NCBI GenBank assembly: GCA_964440775.1
Contig: CAYTXJ010000001.1
Coordinates: 1-60,905, forward strand
Length of the DNA: 60,905 nt
Direction: 5' to 3'
Source of the DNA: an uncultured Desulfobacteraceae bacterium
GTDB taxonomy: Bacteria; Desulfobacterota; DSM-4660; Desulfatiglandales; JALVMZ01
A model generated the notes under the pieces. That model was not told the DNA's origin. It ran no database searches and was given only the letters and a program-made list of their open reading frames with translations. A program made the translations under genes and the position numbers. Below are positions 51,806 through 60,383 of the stretch, piece after piece (the stretch's first letter is position 1; each line of letters begins with the position of its first letter).

Positions 51806-53137
51806 ATGAATATATGCGTTGTGGGTGTCGGATATGTCGGTCTGGTAACAGGGACATGTTTTGCCGAATTTGGTAACAATGTGTTTTGTGTGGATAATGA
51901 CTTTAAAAAGATTAAGATGTTGAAAGAGGAGAGAATTCCCATATATGAACCTGGACTTGAGGAGATGGTAAAAAAGAATGTGGCTGCTGGGAGACTGCAC
52001 TTTACCACAGATATAGAAGAGCCCATCGAAAGGAGTTTAGTGATATTTATTGCAGTGGGCACTCCTTCGGAGACCGATGGCTCTGCCAATCTGGAATATG
52101 TGTATCAGGTGGCAGAGTCTATTGGAAGGCTTATGAGATCCTATAAGATAATTGCAACGAAGAGCACAGTTCCGGTGGGAACAGGTAAGAAGATTGAGGA
52201 GATAATCAGGAAGAATCAAAAGAATGAGATCCCATTTGATGTGGTATCCAATCCTGAATTCCTAAGAGAAGGCTCTGCAATTGATGATTTTATGAGACCT
52301 GACAGGGTGGTGATAGGATCAGATAGTGAACAGGCTATTGCCATTATGAAAGATCTATACTCCCCTCTGTATCTCATTGAAACTCCATTTGTGATAACTG
52401 ATGTGGAGACAGCCGAGATGATAAAGTATGCATCCAATTCCTTTCTTGCAACAAAGATCTCTTTTATAAATGAGGTTGCCAATCTGTGCGAATTGGTAGG
52501 TGCGGATGTCCATGTGGTTGCAAAGGCAATGGGATTGGATGGAAGGATAAGCCCCAAGTTTTTGCACGCTGGCCCTGGATTTGGAGGTTCCTGCTTTCCA
52601 AAGGATACCAGAGCCATAAGCAAGATCGCAGAGGCAGCAGGCTATAGATTTCAGATAGTTGATGCGGTAATCAGGGTAAATGAGGAGCAGTGGAAGAGGA
52701 TGGTGCAAAAGATTGATAGGGCAGTTGGAGGTGTTAAGGGGAAGAGGTTAGGGATCTTAGGACTTACCTTCAAACCTAATACAGATGATATACGGGAATC
52801 TCCTGCCATAAAGATAATTGGAGAGCTCTTGGAGAGGGGTGCAGAGATATGTGCATATGATCCAGCAGGGATTCCTGCAACCAAAAGGCTATTTAAGGAT
52901 ATACAATATGGCACAGATTCCTATGAGGTGGCAGAAGGCTCAGATGCACTTATAATCATCACAGAGTGGAACGAGTTTAGATTCTTAGACTGGCCGCGGG
53001 TTAAATCTCTTCTCAGGAGACCCATAATCATTGATCTTAAAAATATATATGAACCAGAGAGAATGAGAGAGATGGGGTTTGTGTATTATTGCGTAGGAAG
53101 GGGTTATGAGCCTACCCAGGGAGCCAGAGAAGGCTAA
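51806..53137 (+). CDS. ugd: UDP-glucose 6-dehydrogenase
   Basis: 443 aa with the NAD fold VVGVGYVGLVTG and the catalytic Cys context GFGGSCFPKD. Confidence 0.9.
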   Translation: MNICVVGVGYVGLVTGTCFAEFGNNVFCVDNDFKKIKMLKEERIPIYEPGLEEMVKKNVAAGRLHFTTDIEEPIERSLVIFIAVGTPSETDGSANLEYVYQVAESIGRLMRSYKIIATKSTVPVGTGKKIEEIIRKNQKNEIPFDVVSNPEFLREGSAIDDFMRPDRVVIGSDSEQAIAIMKDLYSPLYLIETPFVITDVETAEMIKYASNSFLATKISFINEVANLCELVGADVHVVAKAMGLDGRISPKFLHAGPGFGGSCFPKDTRAISKIAEAAGYRFQIVDAVIRVNEEQWKRMVQKIDRAVGGVKGKRLGILGLTFKPNTDDIRESPAIKIIGELLERGAEICAYDPAGIPATKRLFKDIQYGTDSYEVAEGSDALIIITEWNEFRFLDWPRVKSLLRRPIIIDLKNIYEPERMREMGFVYYCVGRGYEPTQGAREG

Positions 53138-53639
53138 ACTGATTACAGGCCTCTTTTCCTCTGACAGGACTCTTATATTTAAAGTTATTGAAGAGCTTGA
53201 ACAGATATTTGGAGACATAGACTGGATAAGCCATGAACTTTCCTTTGACAGAACAAGATATTATGAAAAGGAGATGGGTTGGCCCCTCTGGAGAAGATTT
53301 TTATCCTTTAAAAGGCTTATAGATCCAGAGGATATCGCAGATATTAAGATTACCACAAATGAGGTGGAAAAGAGGTATTTAAGAGGCAATAAGAGGATGA
53401 TAAATATTGATCCTGGATATATCTGCCTTGAGAGATTGATCCTTGCAACCGGGAAAAACTATGCACACAGAATATATCTAAACAGAGGTATCTATGCAGA
53501 TCTCACACTGATATATAAAAAGGGAAGTTTTATTCCTTTAGGATGGACATATAAGGACTATGCAGATCCTGAGATCATAAGGCTGTTTAATATAATACGA
53601 GATGCCTATAAGAGGCAGATAAGAGGGATACACCTATAG
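53106..53639 (+). CDS. Conserved hypothetical protein, DUF4416-like
   Basis: 177 aa with NIDPGYICLERLILATGKNYAHRIYL. It overlaps ugd by 32 nt. Its TAG stop is the first three bases of repeat copy H. The family name is from memory. Confidence 0.5.
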   Translation: MSLPREPEKAKLITGLFSSDRTLIFKVIEELEQIFGDIDWISHELSFDRTRYYEKEMGWPLWRRFLSFKRLIDPEDIADIKITTNEVEKRYLRGNKRMINIDPGYICLERLILATGKNYAHRIYLNRGIYADLTLIYKKGSFIPLGWTYKDYADPEIIRLFNIIRDAYKRQIRGIHL

Positions 53640-53884
53640 AGCTTTGAATTTTTCAGAGCTCTCAGAAAAAGCCGTAAATGGAATCTGTCATTGCGAGGGT
53701 CTTAAAAGACCCGAAGCAATCTGAGAATGGTTCATGGTTCGAGGTTATAGGTTCGGGGGTTAAAAGGGGGGATGAGATTGCTTCGCTTCGCTCGCAATGA
53801 CAGGGGTCTGGTCTCCGACCTGGAGCGGTCTCCGACCCGGAGGGGGTGTAATCCCCAGTGTAAAAAGGGTTATGAAAAGCTCTC
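53637..53884 (+). mobile_element. MITE-like intergenic element, copy H (248 bp, composite type)
   Basis: It combines the long-type palindrome, two GGTCTCCGACCyGGAG units and the short-type 3' module. It is flanked by ACCTA at 53632-53636 and 53885-53889. Confidence 0.85.
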
Positions 53885-53907
53885 ACCTATAGAGGAGGAA
53901 TATTTCG

Positions 53908-54789
53908 TTGATAAAGAGCATGACAGGTTATGGGAAAGGGGAATTTAACAGGGGGGATATAAATATCACTGTGGAGATAAGGTCTGTTAATAGCAGATTC
54001 AGGGATATAAATATCCATATCCCCAAGAATACCTATCCATTTGAGGATCTTATAGAGGAGAAGATCTCTGAAGAGATCATTCGTGGAAGGGTTGATGTGA
54101 ATGTGCATGTGAGGTTTGGTCAAGAAGGGAGTGATTATGAGATACTTTTAAATGAAGAGCTCTTGAAAAGATATATGGATCTTTTTAAAAGTCTAAGTGA
54201 TAGATTTGGAATCTCTCCTCCAGCCAGCTCTGAGATACTATTTCAGATGAAAGATGTCTTGACCTATAAGGCAAAGGAGATGGATCGTGAAGAGATCAGA
54301 GAGGGGGTAAATGAGGCGTTAAGTTCTGCCCTCTCTATGCTTGATGATATGAGGATTCAGGAAGGCAGAGCCATAATGGATGATATGTTAAAAAGGATAG
54401 GCAAGATAAAGGAAAGCCTAAGGGAGATAAGGAAGAGGCTGCCTGAGAGGTTAGCGGAGTATAAGGAAAGATTCCTTAGGAGAGTTAAAGAGATACAGGA
54501 AGATATCTCCATCTCTGAAGAGAGGATGATGCAGGAGCTTGCCATATATATCCATAAGACAGATATTAATGAGGAATTGATAAGAATTGAGAGTCACCTC
54601 AGACAGTTTGAAGATATCTTGACTCATGATGGGGCATTGGGAAGGAAGATAGAGTTTTTAATTCAGGAGATCCATAGAGAAGTAAATACCTTGAGTACAA
54701 AGGCCTCTGACTTTGATATATCAATGAATGTGGTAAACATAAAGGTAGAGCTTGAAAAGTTAAGGGAACATGCACAGAATATTGAATAA
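53908..54789 (+). CDS. yicC: YicC-family stress-induced protein
   Basis: 293 aa with a TTG start giving MIKSMTGYG, which parallels the E. coli YicC N-terminus. A GAGGAGG SD lies upstream. Confidence 0.85.
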   Translation: MIKSMTGYGKGEFNRGDINITVEIRSVNSRFRDINIHIPKNTYPFEDLIEEKISEEIIRGRVDVNVHVRFGQEGSDYEILLNEELLKRYMDLFKSLSDRFGISPPASSEILFQMKDVLTYKAKEMDREEIREGVNEALSSALSMLDDMRIQEGRAIMDDMLKRIGKIKESLREIRKRLPERLAEYKERFLRRVKEIQEDISISEERMMQELAIYIHKTDINEELIRIESHLRQFEDILTHDGALGRKIEFLIQEIHREVNTLSTKASDFDISMNVVNIKVELEKLREHAQNIE

Positions 54790-54804
54790 CCTGAGGAGTA
54801 TCTT

Positions 54805-55080
54805 ATGAGTAATAGATTAATAAATATCGGTTTTGGAAATTCCGTTGTAAGGGACAGGATCGTGGCAATCATCTCTCCTAATACCGCTCCCGCAAAGAGA
54901 TTAAGGGAGGAGGCAAGGAGAGAAAATCGCCTTATTGATGCTACTCAAGGAAGAAAGACAAGATCTCTTATCATTACAGACAGTAATCATGTGATCCTCT
55001 CTGCGGTTCAGACAGAGACCATCGCTCAGAGATTTTCCACAGACTCTCGGAATCCTCAGGATGAGATATCTCAGATATGA
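54805..55080 (+). CDS. remA: DUF370/RemA-family regulator
   Basis: 91 aa with [29 protein letters not shown], between yicC and gmk as in Firmicutes. Confidence 0.85.
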   Translation: MSNRLINIGFGNSVVRDRIVAIISPNTAPAKRLREEARRENRLIDATQGRKTRSLIITDSNHVILSAVQTETIAQRFSTDSRNPQDEISQI

Positions 55081-55688
55081 AAGGCCACCTCTTTGTGATA
55101 TCTGGTCCATCTGGAGTGGGTAAATCTACTATTATAACATATTTGCTCAAAAAGATTCCTCATATTCGATATTCCGTATCTTACACCACAAGGCCTCCAC
55201 GCAGAGGAGAGGTGGATGGCAAAGACTATAATTTCATAAGTAAGGCTGAATTTAAGGAGATGATAAGAAAGGGTGAGTTTATTGAATGGGCGGAAGTATA
55301 TGGAAATCTCTATGGCACCTCGTATAGATTCATTTATGAAGTTATGGAGCAAGGAGAAGATGTGATAATGGATATAGATCCAAAGGGTGCAAGAAATATA
55401 AGAGATAAGATAGACCACTCCCATCTGATATTCATTCTTCCTCCTTCTGTAGAAGAGCTTTTTAAAAGGCTTAAAGGAAGAAAGACAGACAGTGATGAGA
55501 TAATAGATAGGAGATTGAGGCAGGTATTTCAGGAGCTTAGAGAGTCAAGATGGTATCACTATGTGGTTATAAATGATGATATGGCCTCAGCCATAAGGGC
55601 GGTGGAGGCCATAATAATATCATTTAGATATCTAAGGGAGAGGATCTCCAATAGGATTGAAGATATAATTAATGGGTATAAAGGATAA
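55077..55688 (+). CDS. gmk: Guanylate kinase
   Basis: 203 aa with the P-loop GPSGVGKST and the TTRPPR motif. Confidence 0.95.
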   Translation: MKGHLFVISGPSGVGKSTIITYLLKKIPHIRYSVSYTTRPPRRGEVDGKDYNFISKAEFKEMIRKGEFIEWAEVYGNLYGTSYRFIYEVMEQGEDVIMDIDPKGARNIRDKIDHSHLIFILPPSVEELFKRLKGRKTDSDEIIDRRLRQVFQELRESRWYHYVVINDDMASAIRAVEAIIISFRYLRERISNRIEDIINGYKG

Positions 55689-56418
55689 AGAGATAGTTGG
55701 TGGATTTCAGACTGTAAGACATCTTCTGGAAAGAGATGATATCAGAATACACGAGATATGGATACAGGTAAGATCGCAGAGAAGAGAAGGGATCTTAGAG
55801 AAGGCACATAAAAGGAGTATCCCTGTATATTTCAAAGAAAAAGAGGATTTCAACCACTTACTTTCAGGGATAAATCATCAAGGTGTGGCAGCAGTTGTGG
55901 ATGCATTTAGATATCAGAGCCTTCAATCCATTCTATCTCTGGCAGTGAAGAAGAGGGGCACAGCTCTGATAGTGATGGCAGATCATATAACCGATGCAGG
56001 GAATATAGGGGCCCTTCTAAGGGTCTGTGCATTTTTTAAGGTAGATGGTTTCATAATTCCAGCAAGAAGATCCGCATCAATAAGTGGGCAGGTTATGAAG
56101 AGATCATCAGGTGGATATCTATCTGTTCCCATAGCTAAGGTATCCAACCTTAAAAATACCGCGCTCAGACTCAAAAGAGAGGGGTTCTGGATAATAGGCA
56201 CGGATGAGAGGGCTAAAGAGAGTATATACGATTTTGACTGGAGGCGGGATGTGGCACTCATCGTCGGAAGTGAGGAAAGAGGAATTAATCATAGTTTGGT
56301 AAAGATATGTGATGAGTTGGTATCTATCCCATCTGATGGAGATATCAGTAGCCTAAATGTCTCAGTTGCACTTGGAATTGTATTATCTGAAATCCATAGA
56401 CAGAGACGGTTTAATTAA
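55672..56418 (+). CDS. rlmB: SpoU/TrmH-family 23S rRNA 2'-O-methyltransferase (RlmB-like)
   Basis: 248 aa with an N-terminal substrate-binding domain and C-terminal SpoU motifs (LIVGSEERGI, IPSDGDISSLNVSVA). Confidence 0.8.
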   Translation: MGIKDKEIVGGFQTVRHLLERDDIRIHEIWIQVRSQRREGILEKAHKRSIPVYFKEKEDFNHLLSGINHQGVAAVVDAFRYQSLQSILSLAVKKRGTALIVMADHITDAGNIGALLRVCAFFKVDGFIIPARRSASISGQVMKRSSGGYLSVPIAKVSNLKNTALRLKREGFWIIGTDERAKESIYDFDWRRDVALIVGSEERGINHSLVKICDELVSIPSDGDISSLNVSVALGIVLSEIHRQRRFN

Positions 56419-57021
56419 AGGAAAGCTCTTTAAGGCCCTTAGCCTTAAGAGTGCATCTATTAGCTCTGCCAAGGGAAGTCCTACCACATTGCTATAACTT
56501 CCCCTTATCTCCTTTACCATAAATGCTCCTATTCCCTGAATGGCATATGCACCTGCCTTTCCAAAAGGCTCTCCAGTGTTGATATAATTTATTATCTCAG
56601 AGTCAGACAATTTTTTAAATCTGACATAAGTCACTACTGCCTCACAATATGCCCTTTGACCCTGAGGATCAATTATTGAAAATCCTGTTATAACCTGATG
56701 CTCTCTCCCTCTTAGCTCCATAAGTATATTTAAGGCATCTCTTTCATCTTTTGGCTTTCCGATGATCTTATCTGATATATATACCAAGGTATCTGCACCC
56801 AGAATCCACTTCCCCCTATACCTATCCCTTACCGATTCTGCCTTTAGAGTTGCCAGATGAATGGCAAGATTCCTTACATCTCCCTTATTATGGATTACCT
56901 CATCCAGATGTGATTCTTCCACTATAAAAGGTAAATGTAGCTGTGATAAAAGCGATTTTCTCCTCTTAGAGGAAGAGGCAAGTATCAATGGATTGCTATG
57001 GGATATGCAGGAATCTACCAT
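56383..57021 (-). CDS. maf: Maf-family nucleoside triphosphate pyrophosphatase
   Basis: 212 aa with LILASSSKRRKSLL and GKAGAYAIQG. The 3' end overlaps the convergent rlmB by 36 nt. Confidence 0.9.
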   Translation of the reverse strand: MVDSCISHSNPLILASSSKRRKSLLSQLHLPFIVEESHLDEVIHNKGDVRNLAIHLATLKAESVRDRYRGKWILGADTLVYISDKIIGKPKDERDALNILMELRGREHQVITGFSIIDPQGQRAYCEAVVTYVRFKKLSDSEIINYINTGEPFGKAGAYAIQGIGAFMVKEIRGSYSNVVGLPLAELIDALLRLRALKSFPLIKPSLSMDFR

Positions 57022-57022
57022 C

Positions 57023-57796
57023 CTAACTTATGTTGAATAGGGATATGGTATTTTGATAGATTCTATGACTCAGTTCTTCCAGATCCATTTCTCTAAGCTC
57101 TGCAATCTTCTCTGCAGTATATATCACAAAGGAAGGCTCATTTCTCTTCCCTCTCATGGGTTGAGGGGATAGAAATGGGGAGTCTGTTTCGACAAGAAGG
57201 CGATCCAAAGGCATCTCCTTTACCACCTCATGCAGATTTTCAGATCCTTTATAGGTAATAGTTCCAGCTATTGATATATATAGCCCCATATCCAAAAATC
57301 TCTTTGCCATATTGTAATTACCAGAAAAACAGTGGACCACACCGACTATTCTGTCTCTCCCCTTTGACTTAAGCACAGATATGGCCTCTTCAAAGGCATC
57401 CCTGATATGGAGAATCACTGGGAGCCTTAGCTCTTTGGAAAGATCCAGCATCTGGTTAAGTACCCTAACTTGATTGGATATTTCAGAATATCTCTTATAA
57501 AAGTCAAGGCCGATCTCTCCCACTGCCACTATCTTAGGATCTCCTGAAAGTTCCTTCAGCCTATCCAATATGGATTCTTCAAATCTGTCTGCCTCATGGG
57601 GATGAAAGCCTATGGTCGTATAAACCCCTTCAAACCTCTTTGAAAGCTCAAGGGATCTAATGGAGCTTTCCACATCTATCCCTATGGATATGATCTTTTC
57701 AATCCCCCTTTCCCTTGCCCTGGAGATAACCATTTCAATATCGTCTCTAAAATGATCCATCTCCAGATGGGCATGGGAATCTATCAATCTGGGCAA
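57023..57796 (-). CDS. tatD: TatD-family metal-dependent hydrolase/DNase
   Basis: 257 aa with LIDSHAHL and ETDSPFL. Confidence 0.9.
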   Translation of the reverse strand: MPRLIDSHAHLEMDHFRDDIEMVISRARERGIEKIISIGIDVESSIRSLELSKRFEGVYTTIGFHPHEADRFEESILDRLKELSGDPKIVAVGEIGLDFYKRYSEISNQVRVLNQMLDLSKELRLPVILHIRDAFEEAISVLKSKGRDRIVGVVHCFSGNYNMAKRFLDMGLYISIAGTITYKGSENLHEVVKEMPLDRLLVETDSPFLSPQPMRGKRNEPSFVIYTAEKIAELREMDLEELSHRIYQNTISLFNIS

Positions 57797-57889
57797 CTTT
57801 TTCCTCCTTAAAAATTAATGACTTGCATTTTTGAATATAATACTAAATAATATTAAAAATATAGGGTATGTAAAATATTTTTATTTCCA

Positions 57890-60214
57890 ATGGTAAAAAA
57901 TATGGAGGCCTATTCAAAGATTGAGGAGCGTTCCCAGGAGGAACTTGAAAGGGAGCTCTTATTCCATAAGAAGCTTCAGGATATAACCAATAAGATACAC
58001 TCTGCGGAAGATACCAATGAGATTTTGGAAAACCTCCAACACGAGATCTTAAGCCTCTTTGACGCAGATAGAATCACCATATATGTGGTTGATGGTGTTA
58101 GACGAGAGATCTACTCCCGCTTCAAGACAGGAGATGAAGTAAATGAGATAAGGATACCCATTAATACCAATAGCATTGCAGGCTTTTGCGTATCTACAGG
58201 AAAGACAGTAAGGATAAAGAATGCATATGATGATGAAGAGCTCAAAAGGATAAGTCCATCCCTTAAATTTGACAAGAGGTGGGATAAGAAGACAGGATAC
58301 AGGACAAGACAGGTGCTTGTAACTCCCATAGTGTTTAAGAAATATCTATTGGGTGCTATCCAGCTTATTAATAAAGCCGGTGGTAATGAATTTACAGAAA
58401 AGGATGAATCCGCTGTAAAAGAGATTGCAAGGGTCTTGGGTATAGCCTTTTTTAAGAATCAAAAGATAGCGGAAAGGAAGAGAGCTACCAAATTTGACTA
58501 TCTCATTACCCATAATATAATCACTGAAAAAGAGCTTAACGAGGCAATGGCAACCGCAAGGAAGAAGAAGGTGTCAGTGGAGTCCGTGCTCATATCTGAT
58601 TTTAATGTCCCTAAGGAGGAGATTGGCAAATCCCTATCCCAATACTACAGAGTGCCTTTTATTTCATATGACGAAAATATGGTAATTCCAGGTGAACTCT
58701 TAAAGGGGTTAAGACCCAATTTTTTAAAGAATAATGGATTTGTTCCCATTGCACAGACCGATAGTAAGGTAGTGGTGGCAATGGAAAATCCAGATCATCT
58801 GCCTGCCAGAGATACCATAAAGAGACTGATACCGGATAAGGAGTTCAGATATTGTGTGGCCATAAAAGAGGATATCTTAAAGATAGTGGATCTATTTTTT
58901 GATGTTAAGAAGAGCAATTTCATGGGAGATACCAGGAGCATTGAAGATATACTTGGGAAACTTGAGGGACTTGAAGAAGAAGAAGAGGATGAGGAAGTAG
59001 AAAGGGTAAGTGAAGAAGATGGAGTTATTGTCCAATTAGTTAATAAGATGATCATAGATGCCCATAGCAGAAATGCTTCAGATATACATGTCGAGCCCAG
59101 ACCGGGCAAGCAGAATGCGGTTATAAGATTCAGGATTGATGGTGCATGCCAGCTCTATCAGACCATCCCCTATACTTTTAAGAGGGCTATAGTATCCAGA
59201 ATTAAGATTATGTCAGATCTGGATATATCTGAAAGGAGACTGCCCCAGGACGGAAAGATAAAATTTAAAAAATATGCCCCCCTGGATATTGAGTTAAGAG
59301 TCGCCACCATCCCTACCGCAGGTGGTGTTGAAGATGTGGTTCTGAGACTCCTGGCCTCTGGAGAACCCATCCCCTTAGAAAAGATGGGGATGAGGGAGAG
59401 GGACTATAAGGCATTCATTGATATGATAACAAAGCCATATGGGATTGTGCTGGTGGTGGGTCCTACAGGTTCTGGAAAGACCACCACACTTCATGCAGCC
59501 CTTAAATATATTAATAAACCAGAGGTAAAGATCTGGACTGCTGAAGATCCTGTAGAGATAACCCAGGAGGGGCTCAGGCAGGTTCAGGTTCAGCCCAAGA
59601 TCGGTTTTGATTTTGCAAGGGCTATGAGGGCATTCCTCAGAGCAGACCCTGATGTGATAATGGTAGGGGAGATGAGAGACCATGAGACAGTTGCAACTGC
59701 AATTGAGGCATCCCTTACTGGTCACTTAGTATTTAGCACCCTGCATACCAATAGTGCCCCTGAGACCATTACAAGGCTATTGGATATGGGAATGGATCCA
59801 TTTAATTTTGCAGATGCGATCTTAGGAATTCTGGCCCAGAGGCTTGTAAGGACCCTATGTAAAGACTGTAAAGAGAAGTATCATCCAACACAAGAGGAAT
59901 TTGACACACTGAGAAGGGAATATGATGGAGATTTTGATGCACTTGGTTTTGAATATAACAGCGATCTTGTCCTTTACAGAGCAAAGGGATGTGCCAAGTG
60001 TGGAAACACAGGATACAGGGGAAGGGTTGCAATTCATGAGCTGCTTGTGGGAACAGATGAGATGAAGTCATTGATTCAGAACAGGGCAAAGATGGAAGAG
60101 CTGAGGCGGCAGGCCATAAAAGATGGAATGATCACCCTTATGCAGGATGGTATCAGAAAGGTGCTATTGGGATATACTGATCTAATACAGGTAAGAAAGG
60201 TCTGTATAAAATAG
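57890..60214 (+). CDS. GAF-domain-fused GspE/PilB-family secretion/pilus assembly ATPase (orphan)
   Basis: 774 aa. An N-terminal GAF-like domain (about residues 30-190) and a T2SSE_N/MshEN-like domain precede the ATPase core, which has Walker A GPTGSGKTT, Walker B DPDVIMVGEMRD, His box GHLVFSTLHTN and tetracysteine CKDC...CAKC. Confidence 0.85.
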   Translation: MVKNMEAYSKIEERSQEELERELLFHKKLQDITNKIHSAEDTNEILENLQHEILSLFDADRITIYVVDGVRREIYSRFKTGDEVNEIRIPINTNSIAGFCVSTGKTVRIKNAYDDEELKRISPSLKFDKRWDKKTGYRTRQVLVTPIVFKKYLLGAIQLINKAGGNEFTEKDESAVKEIARVLGIAFFKNQKIAERKRATKFDYLITHNIITEKELNEAMATARKKKVSVESVLISDFNVPKEEIGKSLSQYYRVPFISYDENMVIPGELLKGLRPNFLKNNGFVPIAQTDSKVVVAMENPDHLPARDTIKRLIPDKEFRYCVAIKEDILKIVDLFFDVKKSNFMGDTRSIEDILGKLEGLEEEEEDEEVERVSEEDGVIVQLVNKMIIDAHSRNASDIHVEPRPGKQNAVIRFRIDGACQLYQTIPYTFKRAIVSRIKIMSDLDISERRLPQDGKIKFKKYAPLDIELRVATIPTAGGVEDVVLRLLASGEPIPLEKMGMRERDYKAFIDMITKPYGIVLVVGPTGSGKTTTLHAALKYINKPEVKIWTAEDPVEITQEGLRQVQVQPKIGFDFARAMRAFLRADPDVIMVGEMRDHETVATAIEASLTGHLVFSTLHTNSAPETITRLLDMGMDPFNFADAILGILAQRLVRTLCKDCKEKYHPTQEEFDTLRREYDGDFDALGFEYNSDLVLYRAKGCAKCGNTGYRGRVAIHELLVGTDEMKSLIQNRAKMEELRRQAIKDGMITLMQDGIRKVLLGYTDLIQVRKVCIK

Positions 60215-60314
60215 AGCTTATTATTTTGGGGAAGATCTAACGCAAGTTCAGGAAACTATCCAAAACATTAAAAACTTGCCTAAAAATGATTTAAAAATTC
60301 TTTTATATAGAGCT

Positions 60315-60341
60315 GAGAGCTTTGAAAAATTCAAAGCTCTC
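60315..60341 (-). repeat. Solo 27-bp hairpin of the MITE-like family (copy I)
   Basis: GAGAGCTTTGAAAAATTCAAAGCTCTC. The A-rich loop implies reverse orientation. No flanking duplication was seen. Confidence 0.75.
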
Positions 60342-60383
60342 GTTATTGGGATATTAATGGCAATGGGAAAGATGCCCCTACAT

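Noticed and set aside
53662-53886. A 74-aa minus-strand ORF (MRAFHNPFYTGDY...CHCERSEAIS...).
   Set aside because: It lies entirely inside repeat copy H. Its sequence is just the translation of the palindromic cassettes, and the parts covering shared cassettes recur in other copies with varying frames and stops. It is a repeat-derived ORF, not a gene.
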